Counted from the whole stretch's first letter, positions 34,777-44,688 are shown. The stretch: DNA of 63,439 nt, filler included, from 6 parts of 6 records of this genome joined end to end with filler, not necessarily neighbours in it; one strand, 5' to 3'. Made by a program: numbers and translations. The notes: generated from the letters alone by a model not told the origin.

Positions 34777-36216
34777 TTAAGTCCCGGATAAAAAAGCCTG
34801 GACAATCTCACGTTCATCAAAGTGGAATTTCTCTTTACCGATGATTTGATACGTTTCGTGTCCCTTGCCGGCCAGGATAATGATATCGTCCGGCTGTGCG
34901 TTTTCAATTGCCCAGCCGATGGCTTCTTTTCTATTCTCAATGACAATATATGGCGTTTTCGTCTCCTGCATACCCGTTAAAATATCATCAATGATTTTTC
35001 CCGGCTCCTCGGTTCTTGGGTTATCGGATGTGACAACGACAAAGTCGGAAAGTTCTGCCGCTATAGCGCCCATAAGCGGGCGTTTGGCCTTGTCCCGGTC
35101 ACCGCCGCAGCCAAAAAGCGTCACAACGCGGCCCGATTCCAGCTCCTTAAAGGTGCGGATAATATTCTCCAGCGCATAGGGCTTATGCGCATAATCAATA
35201 ATCACAGTAAAATTGCGCCCCGTCGGCACTACCTCTATGCGGCCCTTTATTCCCTCGCAGCTTTTCAGCGCGTCGGCAATCTCTTCGATTTCGAAACCGA
35301 GGACAAGGCCCGTTGCCGCAGCAGCCAGTGCGTTATAAACGGAGAACATCGCCGGTATGTTCAGCTCCATTTTCTGAAGCTTCTCCAGCGTCAGCGCACA
35401 GAATTCAACACGGTCGGCATAAACGCGTATACGCTTTGCCACGAGGTCCGCCGCATCGTCTTTTGTTGAAAACGTCATAACGGGACACTCAGCCGTGTCG
35501 GTCATGACGGCGGCATATTCGTCGTCCAGATTAACGACGCCGTTATCCGCCTGCTTGAATATCAGCGCTTTGGCGGCGGCATACTCATCCATGGTTTTGT
35601 GAAAATCCAGGTGCTCATGCGTTAGATTTGTGAAAACAGCGGCCGCAAAACGCAGACCGTACACGCGGTCTAAAACCAGCGCGTGCGACGAAACCTCCAT
35701 AACCGCCCAGGCACAGCCATCGTCGACCATCTCACGGAGAATCTTCTGTAAATCAAAGGACTCCGGCGTTGTGTGGCTGGCTTCAATGACGCGGCTGCCG
35801 TATTCGATGCTGTTCGTGCCGATCAGCCCGACCTTTTCACCGGAGCATTTTTCAATAACAGCTTTAACAAGCGTCGTCGTCGTGGTTTTTCCGTTGGTAC
35901 CCGTTACACCGATAATTTTCAGCTTTGACGCCGGTTCGCCATACCAATTGGCGGCGGCGACAGCCAGCGCGCGCCGGGTATTCCCTGTAAGAACATACGG
36001 CATGTCAGCCGCCGGCTTTTCCTCGCACAGTACACAGACCGCGCCTTTTTTAAGCGCTGCGTCTATATATTGATGGCCGTCCGTTTCATAGCCCCTCACA
36101 GCCACGAACAGGTCGCCTTCGGCGGTCGTTCGCGAATCATAACTAACGCCTGTGATCTCCAGCTCCGGGACGGGCGATATTACCGGTATATCTTTGAGCA
36201 AATCAGCAAGCTTCAT
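34777..36216 (-). CDS. murE: UDP-MurNAc-dipeptide--meso-DAP ligase
   Basis: TGTNGKTTT, MEVSSH, DYAH, GCGGDRD, SDNPR (DAP-type), AGKGHE. Confidence 0.96.
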   Translation of the reverse strand: MKLADLLKDIPVISPVPELEITGVSYDSRTTAEGDLFVAVRGYETDGHQYIDAALKKGAVCVLCEEKPAADMPYVLTGNTRRALAVAAANWYGEPASKLKIIGVTGTNGKTTTTTLVKAVIEKCSGEKVGLIGTNSIEYGSRVIEASHTTPESFDLQKILREMVDDGCAWAVMEVSSHALVLDRVYGLRFAAAVFTNLTHEHLDFHKTMDEYAAAKALIFKQADNGVVNLDDEYAAVMTDTAECPVMTFSTKDDAADLVAKRIRVYADRVEFCALTLEKLQKMELNIPAMFSVYNALAAAATGLVLGFEIEEIADALKSCEGIKGRIEVVPTGRNFTVIIDYAHKPYALENIIRTFKELESGRVVTLFGCGGDRDKAKRPLMGAIAAELSDFVVVTSDNPRTEEPGKIIDDILTGMQETKTPYIVIENRKEAIGWAIENAQPDDIIILAGKGHETYQIIGKEKFHFDEREIVQAFLSGT

Positions 36217-36275
36217 GCGCCACCTCCGGTTTTCCTCTGCCGTAGTTTATCTCAAGTACGTTCACACCAAAAAAT

Positions 36276-38567
36276 TTAATAATATCCAATGATACTGCCG
36301 TCAACAAGTGTTACTTCTACAATAGTACCCATCGGGACTTCCTCGTTGGCCGCCACCGACTGTGTTGTAACAACGGAATTGGGCGAGGCCGACAGCGTAC
36401 CGCCCGACTTAATAAACAGACCCGCATTTTCAAGCGCTTTTTTCGCGTTGGCATAGCTTTTGCCGTAAAGATTCGGGACCGCTACCGTTTCGCTGGTTTT
36501 ATGCTCGCCGGCGTACAGGATGATCTGGCTGCCGGGCGCTATGGCGGCGTTAAGTGACGGCAGCTGGTCAGTGATCCGCTCGCCGTCGCCTACAAGACGC
36601 ACTGTCAGGCCCAGCTTTTCAAGCGATTGGGTGGCTTCATCAACCGTCATACCGACAAGTTTGGGCATGGTGACGTCGAGCGTTTCCAGCTCTTCTTCCG
36701 AATATTCCGGCTGGATGCCAAGATAGGGCAGAACCTCGGACAGTATATGCCCCACAACAGGCGCGGCCATATTTCCGCCGCTGATATAAACAGTTTTGCT
36801 GGTCGGGTTATCCAGGAGCAGCAGGATGGCAACCTGCGGATCATCCGTCGGCGCGATACCGCAGAAGGAGACAATATATTTCTTTTCCTCCCCTTCAGCA
36901 ATACCGACCGTATTGGTTGACGTGCCTGTTTTACCGCCGATCTTATAACCGGCCACATAAGCGTTTTTACCGGTACCGCCTTCGTCACAGACAACGGCCC
37001 GCAGAATCTCGCACATTTTCTCCGACGTCTCGTTGCTGATGACCTGACGCACTGCCGTCGGTTCATTGTCCACAACAATGTTCCCGTCGGCATCCGTGAC
37101 TTGTTTGACGATGTACGGCTGCATGAGGTTCCCGCCGTTGACGACAGCCGATACAGCCGTAACCATCTGAAGCGGCGTGATGTTAAACGTTTGGCCAAAG
37201 GAGGCCGCCGCTAATTGTGATAGATTGTCGGGATTTTCGAAAACGCTGTCCTGCCACCAAAGCGATCCGCTCTCGCCGGGCAGATCAATGTCTGTTTTCT
37301 CGCGCAGCCCAAACGCATCAACGTAGTCGTAAAACGTCGTCGAGCCGACCTTGAGGCCGATATTGACGAGCGCCACGTTGCACGAGTGCTGCATGGCCTG
37401 GGTCAGCGTCTGTGAGCCGTGACCCGCTGTCTTCCAGCATTTCACGGGTTCGCGGCCAAGCACAGGTACAGACCCGCCGCAGTAAAACGTGTCATCAAGG
37501 CTGACGACGTTTTCTTCAAGCGCCATGGCGCAGGTAATAATTTTAAACACCGAGCCGGGCTCATACGTATCCGAAATAGCTTTATTACGCTGCTGAGTTT
37601 GAAGCGCCAGATTATATTCGGCTTTTTTTTCGTCGGGATCGGCAATGAGATCAAGCTTCGCCTGCTCTTCGTCGCCGACGTCAAGGAAATTATTCAAATC
37701 ATAGTTGCCAAGACTGGCCATGGCCAGTATCTCGCCCGTTTTCGGGCGCATAACAATACACGCGCCGCCGTTGAGGACATCGTAGTCCTGTATGGCCTGG
37801 GCCAGATATTTTTCCACATAAAACTGGATTGACGCATCAATCGTCAGCTCAATATCATCGCCGTTTTTAGCATCGTAATAGTCCTCAAAATCTGAAAACA
37901 GCATATCCGTGCCCCTGGCGTTTTTCAGCCGGACGATCCGGCCGTCCGTCCCCTCCAGAAACTGATTGTATGTCAGTTCAATACCGTTGAGGCCGGTGTT
38001 GTCATCGCCGACGAAACCAATAATGTGGCAGGCCCGGCTGCTGTAGGGGTAATAACGTTTGGTGTCCGTCTCCAGATGGATGCTTTTAAGCCCGTTTTCT
38101 TTGATAAACAGGCGGACCTTTTCAGCCACGTCGTCCTCAATTTTCCGCCGGACCGTTTCATACCAGGAATTAGTTTTATCGAGTTTGCCGAGAATTCGGT
38201 CACGGTCAACGTCGAGAATTTCTGACAAGCCATTGGCGATAAGGTCTTTGTCCTCGTCATATTTATCCGTCTCATATGGCGCAACATAAACCGTATCAAC
38301 AGAGGCGCTCATCGCAAGCACCTTGCCGTTGGCGTCGTAAATCGTCCCGCGCGACGCGGTTACGACTGTTTCGCGCGTCTGATTTTCAAGCGCTTGCTCG
38401 GCATAGTACTCATGGTTATTAATCTGAATATCATACAGCTTGATAGCCAGCACAATAAACGCAGCGATACCGCACACAGCCATTAAAACGAGTGTGCGGC
38501 GCAAGATGGTTTTGCTGGGTCTCTGATCCGATTGCTTTCCTTTTCTTCTGTCCGAGTGAGAAGCCAT
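36276..38567 (-). CDS. Class B penicillin-binding protein (FtsI/SpoVD) with PASTA domains
   Basis: RGTIYD, EPGSVFK, SCN, GKTGT, two C-terminal PASTA repeats; ATG at 38567 with AAGGGG RBS. Confidence 0.92.
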   Translation of the reverse strand: MASHSDRRKGKQSDQRPSKTILRRTLVLMAVCGIAAFIVLAIKLYDIQINNHEYYAEQALENQTRETVVTASRGTIYDANGKVLAMSASVDTVYVAPYETDKYDEDKDLIANGLSEILDVDRDRILGKLDKTNSWYETVRRKIEDDVAEKVRLFIKENGLKSIHLETDTKRYYPYSSRACHIIGFVGDDNTGLNGIELTYNQFLEGTDGRIVRLKNARGTDMLFSDFEDYYDAKNGDDIELTIDASIQFYVEKYLAQAIQDYDVLNGGACIVMRPKTGEILAMASLGNYDLNNFLDVGDEEQAKLDLIADPDEKKAEYNLALQTQQRNKAISDTYEPGSVFKIITCAMALEENVVSLDDTFYCGGSVPVLGREPVKCWKTAGHGSQTLTQAMQHSCNVALVNIGLKVGSTTFYDYVDAFGLREKTDIDLPGESGSLWWQDSVFENPDNLSQLAAASFGQTFNITPLQMVTAVSAVVNGGNLMQPYIVKQVTDADGNIVVDNEPTAVRQVISNETSEKMCEILRAVVCDEGGTGKNAYVAGYKIGGKTGTSTNTVGIAEGEEKKYIVSFCGIAPTDDPQVAILLLLDNPTSKTVYISGGNMAAPVVGHILSEVLPYLGIQPEYSEEELETLDVTMPKLVGMTVDEATQSLEKLGLTVRLVGDGERITDQLPSLNAAIAPGSQIILYAGEHKTSETVAVPNLYGKSYANAKKALENAGLFIKSGGTLSASPNSVVTTQSVAANEEVPMGTIVEVTLVDGSIIGYY

Positions 38568-38696
38568 ATTGATCCCCTTAATATAAAAGGCGTTCGCGCG
38601 TATTTTACCAGCCGCTTTTTTCCTGTACTGGTCAAGTCCTATCACTGAGAAGCAAGGATGCCTGCACACGCGCGTCAATAATACGTTTATTTCAGT

Positions 38697-38815
38697 GCCG
38701 CTGATAAATCGCTTTGGATAGGAGGGGTAAGGTTTTAACCGGCTTTCATGCGTGGCTAATACGGCCCTGTATCAATGAAGCTTTCAATATATCCAATCGG
38801 CAATTTATCAGCGGC
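38697..38815. repeat. 119-bp element with terminal inverted repeats (MITE-like)
   Basis: GCCGCTGATAAAT 38697-38709 / ATTTATCAGCGGC 38803-38815, plus inner TTGGATA / TATCCAA. Confidence 0.55.
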
Positions 38816-38829
38816 TCATAGGCATTATA

Positions 38830-39399
38830 TTAAGGTGTTTGTTTGAAATATGCCACCAGCGAGGCCAAAAAGGAGGCCATGTTCTCCCGTGCAACACCCT
38901 CGTCCGTATTGTTTTTGACAATAACGGCCTTGTCCTGATTATCTGTAGAGATCGCAGCGATCTGATTTTGCTGCGGTTTTGTCATACCCAAAACATTCGT
39001 GGCGTACGCTTCAACTTCGTTGACGTCAAAGATGTCCTCGTAGGTGATTTTGAGCTTTCGTTCCTCTTCAGTCAGCTGATCCATCCGCTGCTGAAGTGAT
39101 ACGGTCTCAGCCGTTATTTCCGTAAATCTAAGATGCGCAAGCACCACAAACACCATGAGCGCGGCAACAACAGCAAAGCCTGCTACAGCAAACATCGACA
39201 CGCCGTAGTACCGCTGCGCCTTACGAGCCTTTTTCGGCGCCGGCCTGGCCTGCGGCCTCTCCTGCGGCTTTGGAGCGGGTCTTTGTGCCGGGGGAGCCTG
39301 TCTGGTAGGAAGATCACCGACCCGAGCCAGATCGTAGGCGTTGCTGCCATGGACGGCGGCACGCGAGGCATATTTCATTTTCGCTGTCTTTGCTGCCAT
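38830..39399 (-). CDS. ftsL: FtsL-like cell division protein
   Basis: GSNAYD, one TM, coiled coil, LGMTKP; lies between rsmH and the PBP gene. Confidence 0.75.
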   Translation of the reverse strand: MAAKTAKMKYASRAAVHGSNAYDLARVGDLPTRQAPPAQRPAPKPQERPQARPAPKKARKAQRYYGVSMFAVAGFAVVAALMVFVVLAHLRFTEITAETVSLQQRMDQLTEEERKLKITYEDIFDVNEVEAYATNVLGMTKPQQNQIAAISTDNQDKAVIVKNNTDEGVARENMASFLASLVAYFKQTP

Positions 39400-39413
39400 A
39401 TGATCGTTCCTCT

Positions 39414-40339
39414 CTACAAGCGTTCCGCAACGCGGAGCCTGGCGCTTCTGGCTCTCGGATTCCGGGCAAGCTCGTCCTCGTCCGGCATGATGGGTTTCTT
39501 TGCAACGGCTTTCAATGTCGGCTTAAAGCCGCATACACATACCGGGAAATCCGGGGGCATGTACAGCCCTTTTCGCGCCGGACAATTGCATTTTTAACCA
39601 GCCTGTCCTCCAGCGAATGAAAGCTGATGACGCACAAGCGGCCTTCTGGGGCCAGCCGATCCGGCGCCTGATTCAGCAGGTCTTCAATCGCGCCCAACTC
39701 GTCGTTAACAGCGATCCGGATCGCCTGAAAGCTTCTTTTGGCCGGGTGCTGTTTTTCCCGAAGCGCCTTGGCCGGCATAGCCGCCCGGATAATATCGACC
39801 AGCTCAAAGGTCGTTTCTATATTCTTCAACGCACGCCGTCTGGCGATATGAGCGGCAATACGCGAGGCATAGCGCTCCTCACCCCAGTCACGCAGGATGC
39901 GCGCCAATTCCCCTTCCGTCCATCCGTTGACGATATCGCCGGCGCTGAGCGCTGCGCGGTTGTCCATCCGCATATCCAGCGGCGCGTCCGTCATATACGA
40001 AAAGCCTCTCTCGGCATCGTCAAGCTGCGGCGACGACACCCCGAAGTCAAACAACATACCGTCAGCCTTCTCAATGCCCTGCGCGTCAAGTATCGCGCCG
40101 AGATTTCTGAAATTGCCGCGGACAAGCGTTACACGCTCCCGATATTCTTTCAGCGTCTCGCCAGCCTCGGCAATGGCTGTTTCGTCCGCGTCGATACTGA
40201 TCAGGCGGCCGCTGCTCAGACGCTTGGCAATTTCAAGCGAATGGCCGCCGCGTCCGAGCGTCCCGTCGACATAGACGCCGCCGGGCTTTATATTGAGCGC
40301 GTTGATGCACGCGTCAAGCAGTACAGGAATATGTTTCAT
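39414..40339 (-). CDS. rsmH: 16S rRNA m4C1402 methyltransferase (one-base frameshift near 39555)
   Basis: [39 protein letters not shown]; adding one G to 39553-39557 restores [12 protein letters not shown]...[15 protein letters not shown]. Confidence 0.93.
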
Positions 40340-40767
40340 CAGCTGGGAAGCTCCATAAACAGATCGGCGAGATTTGAGAAATCCGTCTCCTCGGCGTCAA
40401 CCTTCTTCCAGGTCTCCGTATCCCAGAACTCTGCCGTGTCGCCGTTGCCGACGACGGTAACGTCTTTGGTTAGCCCCACGAAATCCCGAAGGTTCTGGGG
40501 CAGCAGGATGCGTCCCTGGCCGTCCAGATCACATTTGGCCGCGTGCGAAAACAGCGGGCGCATCTTGATCTGCTTGGCCTTCGGCATCGCTTTAATCGTA
40601 GTCATCAGCTTTTCCCAGCTTTCCTGAGAATAAGCCGTGAGACACTTGTCCATCGACAGCGTCACATAAAACGTCGAACCGAGATCATCACGCAATTTGG
40701 CAGGGATAGCAAGACGCCCTTTGGCGTCCAGATTATGCTCGTAGGTGCCGAACATCATCTTCCCCAC
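40339..40767 (-). CDS. mraZ: Division/cell-wall cluster transcriptional regulator MraZ
   Basis: LDAKGRLAIP and LDGQGRILLP repeats. Confidence 0.95.
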   Translation of the reverse strand: MGKMMFGTYEHNLDAKGRLAIPAKLRDDLGSTFYVTLSMDKCLTAYSQESWEKLMTTIKAMPKAKQIKMRPLFSHAAKCDLDGQGRILLPQNLRDFVGLTKDVTVVGNGDTAEFWDTETWKKVDAEETDFSNLADLFMELPS

Positions 40768-40793
40768 CTCCTTGCCTTTTATGGGATTTTAGT

Positions 40794-40857
40794 GCACCGT
40801 TCACCACTTCTCCCCACTTATGTGGTTAATTATAAAGGCATTGTAAATAAAATGCAA
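40794..40857 (-). promoter_or_regulatory. dcw promoter with MraZ boxes
   Basis: TTGCAT-17-TATAAT (40857-40829) then GTGG, GTGG, GTGC at exact 10-nt period (40817, 40807, 40797). Confidence 0.8.
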
Positions 40858-40984
40858 GGGGTTTAATTAAGAATTTTTCCCTTTTTTCCTGGATTTAAGA
40901 CACAAAAACCGGGTTTTTCCGACACTGTTAACCGCCGCACAAAAAACAGCGCGCCGATGCGCGCCGATGCGTCAAAAAAAGCTA

Positions 40985-41017
40985 AAATAAAAGCCGCCCC
41001 ACATTTGAAGGGCGGCT
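40985..41017 (-). terminator. Terminator after vanT
   Basis: AGCCGCCC / GGGCGGCT stem followed by TTTTATTTT on minus strand. Confidence 0.75.
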
Positions 41018-41073
41018 CAGGATCGTTATACGAATTTTCATTCAACGCAGTTCCGGTACAGTTCTACCGGTGA

Positions 41074-42924
41074 TCAATCATCCAACTTTCTGAACACGCG
41101 TTCAAGCCGGCCGCCGAGACGGCTGAGTAGCTCGTTGGTGATCGTCCCGGCATTTTTGGCCATTTCTTCGGCGCGAAGCTCCTCTTCCCCGTCCCGGCCG
41201 ATGAACGTGACGACGTCCCCCCGCCGAACGTCCGGGATATCCGTAACGTCCGCCATCAGCTGGTCCATGCAGACGCGCCCGGCGATGGTCACGCGGCGTC
41301 CCCTGATGAGGACCTCGCCCTTTCCGGAGGACAGCTTACGCGGAATACCGTCGGCAAAGCCGGCGGTAATCACCGCTATTTTCGAAGGCCGACGCGCGTT
41401 AAATTCACGGCCATAGCTCACGCTGTCGCCGGGAGCAACCGGCCGCACAAGCGCCACACGGGCTTTGAGCGACAGGATCGGCTTCAGGCCCGGCGTCAGC
41501 ACGGTCGTGTCACAGGGCTGGCTCAGCACGCCGTATAGTCCCAGTCCAACCCGCGCAAAATCACAGTCCGACTGCGGGTAATTAAGGACACCGTATGTGC
41601 TTTGCATATGAACGGCGGGGAGATGAATCCCCTCTTTTTTCAGTTCGTCGAGCAGCGTGTAAAACCGCTTAATCTGCTGATTGGTAAACGCAACGTCGCT
41701 GTCGTCGAGGCTATCGGACACGGACAGATGCGTAAAAACCCCATCCACAACAAGATTTTTCAGCCGGAATACAGACAACGCGCCAGCCGCGTCGGGATAG
41801 TTTTCTCCCAGGCGGTTCATGCCGGTATTAATTTTAACGTGTACGTGCAGCGCCCGTCCGCAGGCGTCCAGCTCCCGCGCGTGAGACAGGTCTACAACGG
41901 TCTGCGTCAGGCGGTAGCGGCAAAGCCGGCCGACTTCAGACGCCGGGGTATAGCCCAAAACAAGGATATTCCCCTTAATCCCCTGGCGGCGCAGACGCAC
42001 GCCTTCCTCCATAGCGGCTACCGCAAAATCATAAACACCCAAACGGTTTAAACAAGCCGCAAGCTCCGACGCGCCGTGTCCGTAGGCGTCAGCCTTCACA
42101 ACGGCCATGACGCGGCACCGCTCCGGGAGAATAGCCCGCAGCGCCCCAAGATTATGACGCAGACGATTCAGATCAATCTCAGTCCAGGCACGCGCCATGG
42201 AAGCGGCGCCATTATTATCGCGGCTTCTTGTCAGCAGCGCGGCAGCGGCAATAGACAGAGCGACGGACACAGCCAAAACGGACAGAAAGTTAATCAGGCT
42301 GTCGTCAACGAGCAGCGCTTCCAGGCCAACAAACCCGGCGAAGCCGTGCACCGCCGCGATTACAGCCGGATGGACGAGATAGATGAGCATGGACAGGTCA
42401 CGCAGACCTTTTTGGCTTTTACCGTCCCAGTGAAGCAGGGCCATGAAAAGGAAAAACATGCACACAGGCAGCAGCAGGTACATGCTGTCGTGCCGCTGCA
42501 GGTTATAGCGATGCAACAGCAGCCCCTCCGCCAGCATCAGGGCAAACGACACGGCCAACCCCGCAAGGCTGGTGCGAAGCGGCATCGGCGCATCCCGCCG
42601 CGCAAGCAACGCGCCCATAAGGAAAAACAGCGGCGCGAAAAACAGGCCGTTTCTCGTATAATCAAAGACGGAAAAAAGCGCGGTATAAAAGTCTTTTAAA
42701 GTCGGAATGCGTTCAGCCAGCCCGTAATAGCTGTCGCCAAGCACACCGACAGCGTACAGCGCGAGACAGACTGCCAGCGCCGGCCCGGTCCCAAGCTTTT
42801 TTAAAAGCAGCCAGACGATGACGGACCCGATTATCGCGGCGGGTAAATACCACAGGTGATAAAACGTACCGTTAAATACAATATCCGACAGCAGGCTCGG
42901 CAGAGACCGCCAGCTTTCCGTCAT
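41074..42924 (-). CDS. vanT: Membrane-bound serine racemase VanT, main part
   Basis: Acyltransferase-3-like membrane domain (YHLWYLPA, DYTRNGLFFAP, QRHDSMY) fused to racemase (AVVKADAYGHG, NTGMNRLG, GRVCMDQ). Confidence 0.92.
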   Translation of the reverse strand: MTESWRSLPSLLSDIVFNGTFYHLWYLPAAIIGSVIVWLLLKKLGTGPALAVCLALYAVGVLGDSYYGLAERIPTLKDFYTALFSVFDYTRNGLFFAPLFFLMGALLARRDAPMPLRTSLAGLAVSFALMLAEGLLLHRYNLQRHDSMYLLLPVCMFFLFMALLHWDGKSQKGLRDLSMLIYLVHPAVIAAVHGFAGFVGLEALLVDDSLINFLSVLAVSVALSIAAAALLTRSRDNNGAASMARAWTEIDLNRLRHNLGALRAILPERCRVMAVVKADAYGHGASELAACLNRLGVYDFAVAAMEEGVRLRRQGIKGNILVLGYTPASEVGRLCRYRLTQTVVDLSHARELDACGRALHVHVKINTGMNRLGENYPDAAGALSVFRLKNLVVDGVFTHLSVSDSLDDSDVAFTNQQIKRFYTLLDELKKEGIHLPAVHMQSTYGVLNYPQSDCDFARVGLGLYGVLSQPCDTTVLTPGLKPILSLKARVALVRPVAPGDSVSYGREFNARRPSKIAVITAGFADGIPRKLSSGKGEVLIRGRRVTIAGRVCMDQLMADVTDIPDVRRGDVVTFIGRDGEEELRAEEMAKNAGTITNELLSRLGGRLERVFRKLDD

Positions 42925-43229
42925 GCCCGCATAAATGTTGACCGGCAGGTAAAACAGGATGGCAATGACATATAAAAAACCGGTTTTCCGGAGAAACGGC
43001 GCGAGCCGGCCGAAGCGCAGCCCGCCGTCGGCCGTTTTAGGATAGAGAAAAAGCCGGAGGCCATAAAGAAGAATGGAACAGCCGTCCGGGCGATAATCCG
43101 GGTGAGAACAAAGTCGGCTGTCGCGCTGATGTCCATGAGCGGCGAGGTATGGATCGTCACGACAAGAATCGCGGCTATGAGCCGGAAGCGGTCGATCCCG
43201 GCGTATGTTTTGTGCGAAAGCGTCGTCAT
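42921..43229 (-). CDS. vanT: VanT N-terminal part (frameshift at A5 43048-43052)
   Basis: GIDRFRLIAAILVVTIHTSP, ARTAVPFFFM; GGAGG RBS; one added base joins it in frame to 41074-42924. Confidence 0.85.
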   Translation of the reverse strand: MTTLSHKTYAGIDRFRLIAAILVVTIHTSPLMDISATADFVLTRIIARTAVPFFFMASGFFSILKRPTAGCASAGSRRFSGKPVFYMSLPSCFTCRSTFMRA

Positions 43230-43266
43230 GAGTCCGGTCCTCCGAAGCGGCTTACAGCTAATCGTC

Positions 43267-44316
43267 TCATCCGCGCACCGCCAGCCGGATGAGCTCGTCC
43301 ACAATTTGCTCAAAGCTCATTCCGACGCCCTTGAGCATACTGGGATAGCGGCTGTGCGACGTAAAGCCGGGAATGGTGTTGACCTCATTGAAAACGATGT
43401 CATGCTCCGGCGTAAGAAACAGGTCTACGCGGGCCAGGCCCTCACAGCCCAGAATCCTGTAGATGACGCCGGCCGTCTCACGGATGGTATCAGCAAGCGC
43501 CGCGTCAATACGCGCCGGCATATGGATTTTCGAGGTCTTTAATGTGTATTTTTCAGTATAGTCAAAAAAGCCCTGAGACAGCTCAATCTCATCCACCTGC
43601 CCGATTGTAAGCGTCTCGTTGCCGAGTACGGCGCAGCCGACCTCAAAGCCGGATATAGCTTCCTCGGCGATGACCTTTCGGTCATACTCAAAGGCATTAT
43701 TCACAGCAGCCTTCAGCTCATCGGGGCCGTCTATCTTCGTTACGCCAAAGGACGAGCCGGAATTGACCGGCTTGACAAAAAGCGGAAACGTCAGGCCGGC
43801 GGCCTGCTCCAAAAGTGACGGATCATATTCCCTGGAGCGGAAAACGACGCAGGCGGGCGTTTTAATGCCCGCAAGGCCTGCGAGCTGATGCGCGATATCC
43901 TTGTCCATGCAGATGGCCGAGCAAAGCGCCCCGCAGCCAACGATCGGGATGCCGGCCAGCTCTAAAAGGCCCTGAACCGTTCCGTCCTCCCCGTTTTTCC
44001 CGTGCAGGACCGGAAATGCGGCATCCAACCGAATGGTATGTATAGCTCCACCGTCAAAAACAAGAACGCCGTGCGTTTCACGGTCCGGCGATATGACAGC
44101 CGGCACGCAGGACTCATCCTCCGTCCACGTCCCGTCCGAGATCCGCTCGACGACGCCGCCGTACTTGAGCCATTGGCCGGCGCGGGTGATGCCGATGAGC
44201 ACCGGCTCGTATTTGTCAGGGCTGAGGTTTTCGATCACCGAAGCGGCCGATTGAAGGGAAATTTCGTATTCTGTGCTGCACCCGCCAAAAAGCACCGCCA
44301 CCGTTATTTTATCCAT
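43267..44316 (-). CDS. vanG: D-alanine--D-serine ligase, VanG-like
   Basis: GGCSTEYEISL, HGKNGEDG, FFDYTEKY (EKY), NEVNTIPGFTSHSRYP; directly upstream of vanT; ATG at 44316 with CAGGAGG RBS. Confidence 0.9.
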   Translation of the reverse strand: MDKITVAVLFGGCSTEYEISLQSAASVIENLSPDKYEPVLIGITRAGQWLKYGGVVERISDGTWTEDESCVPAVISPDRETHGVLVFDGGAIHTIRLDAAFPVLHGKNGEDGTVQGLLELAGIPIVGCGALCSAICMDKDIAHQLAGLAGIKTPACVVFRSREYDPSLLEQAAGLTFPLFVKPVNSGSSFGVTKIDGPDELKAAVNNAFEYDRKVIAEEAISGFEVGCAVLGNETLTIGQVDEIELSQGFFDYTEKYTLKTSKIHMPARIDAALADTIRETAGVIYRILGCEGLARVDLFLTPEHDIVFNEVNTIPGFTSHSRYPSMLKGVGMSFEQIVDELIRLAVRG

Positions 44317-44529
44317 TTTAACCTCCTGTGAAACGGCCTGGCCGTTTGTTATAAGAATGTTCCGCACGCGTACGGACCGGCACGGCCGCGCGGGGCGCAC
44401 CGTCGTTCGTTACGAAACAGAAAGCACAACGCATTATTGCCGGCTCAGCCGGCTTTAAAAGATAAAAAGCCGGACAGCCGGCATTCATCCGGGACCGAGC
44501 AAATACGCAGCTCGTCCCGTCTCTTCAAC

Positions 44530-44567
44530 ATTATATACTTGACGGCCGAAACGTCAAGAAATATCCT
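44530..44567. promoter_or_regulatory. Overlapping divergent promoters on a palindrome
   Basis: Minus: TTGACG-16-TATAAT toward vanG; plus: TTGACG-17-TATCCT; CTTGACG-N7-CGTCAAG at 44538-44558. Confidence 0.6.
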
Positions 44568-44659
44568 GACGAAACAAATGCCATGCGTCCATAGGTTAAT
44601 GATTTTTTACAATTTACCAGCTCAGCCCGGCCAGGCGGTGCGATACCGGCAGAAAACAG

Positions 44660-44688
44660 TTGACAAATCCTGACGGCTCTTATAGCAT
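44660..44688 (+). promoter_or_regulatory. Sigma-A-type promoter for the sensor operon
   Basis: TTGACA-17-TAGCAT. Confidence 0.6.

Noticed and set aside
39617-40627. 336-aa plus-strand ORF and other long antisense ORFs in the GC-rich contig
   Set aside because: Shadow frames of well-supported genes, with no recognisable motifs.
40949-40971. 10-bp tandem GCGCCGATGC
   Set aside because: Only two copies; a simple local duplication.
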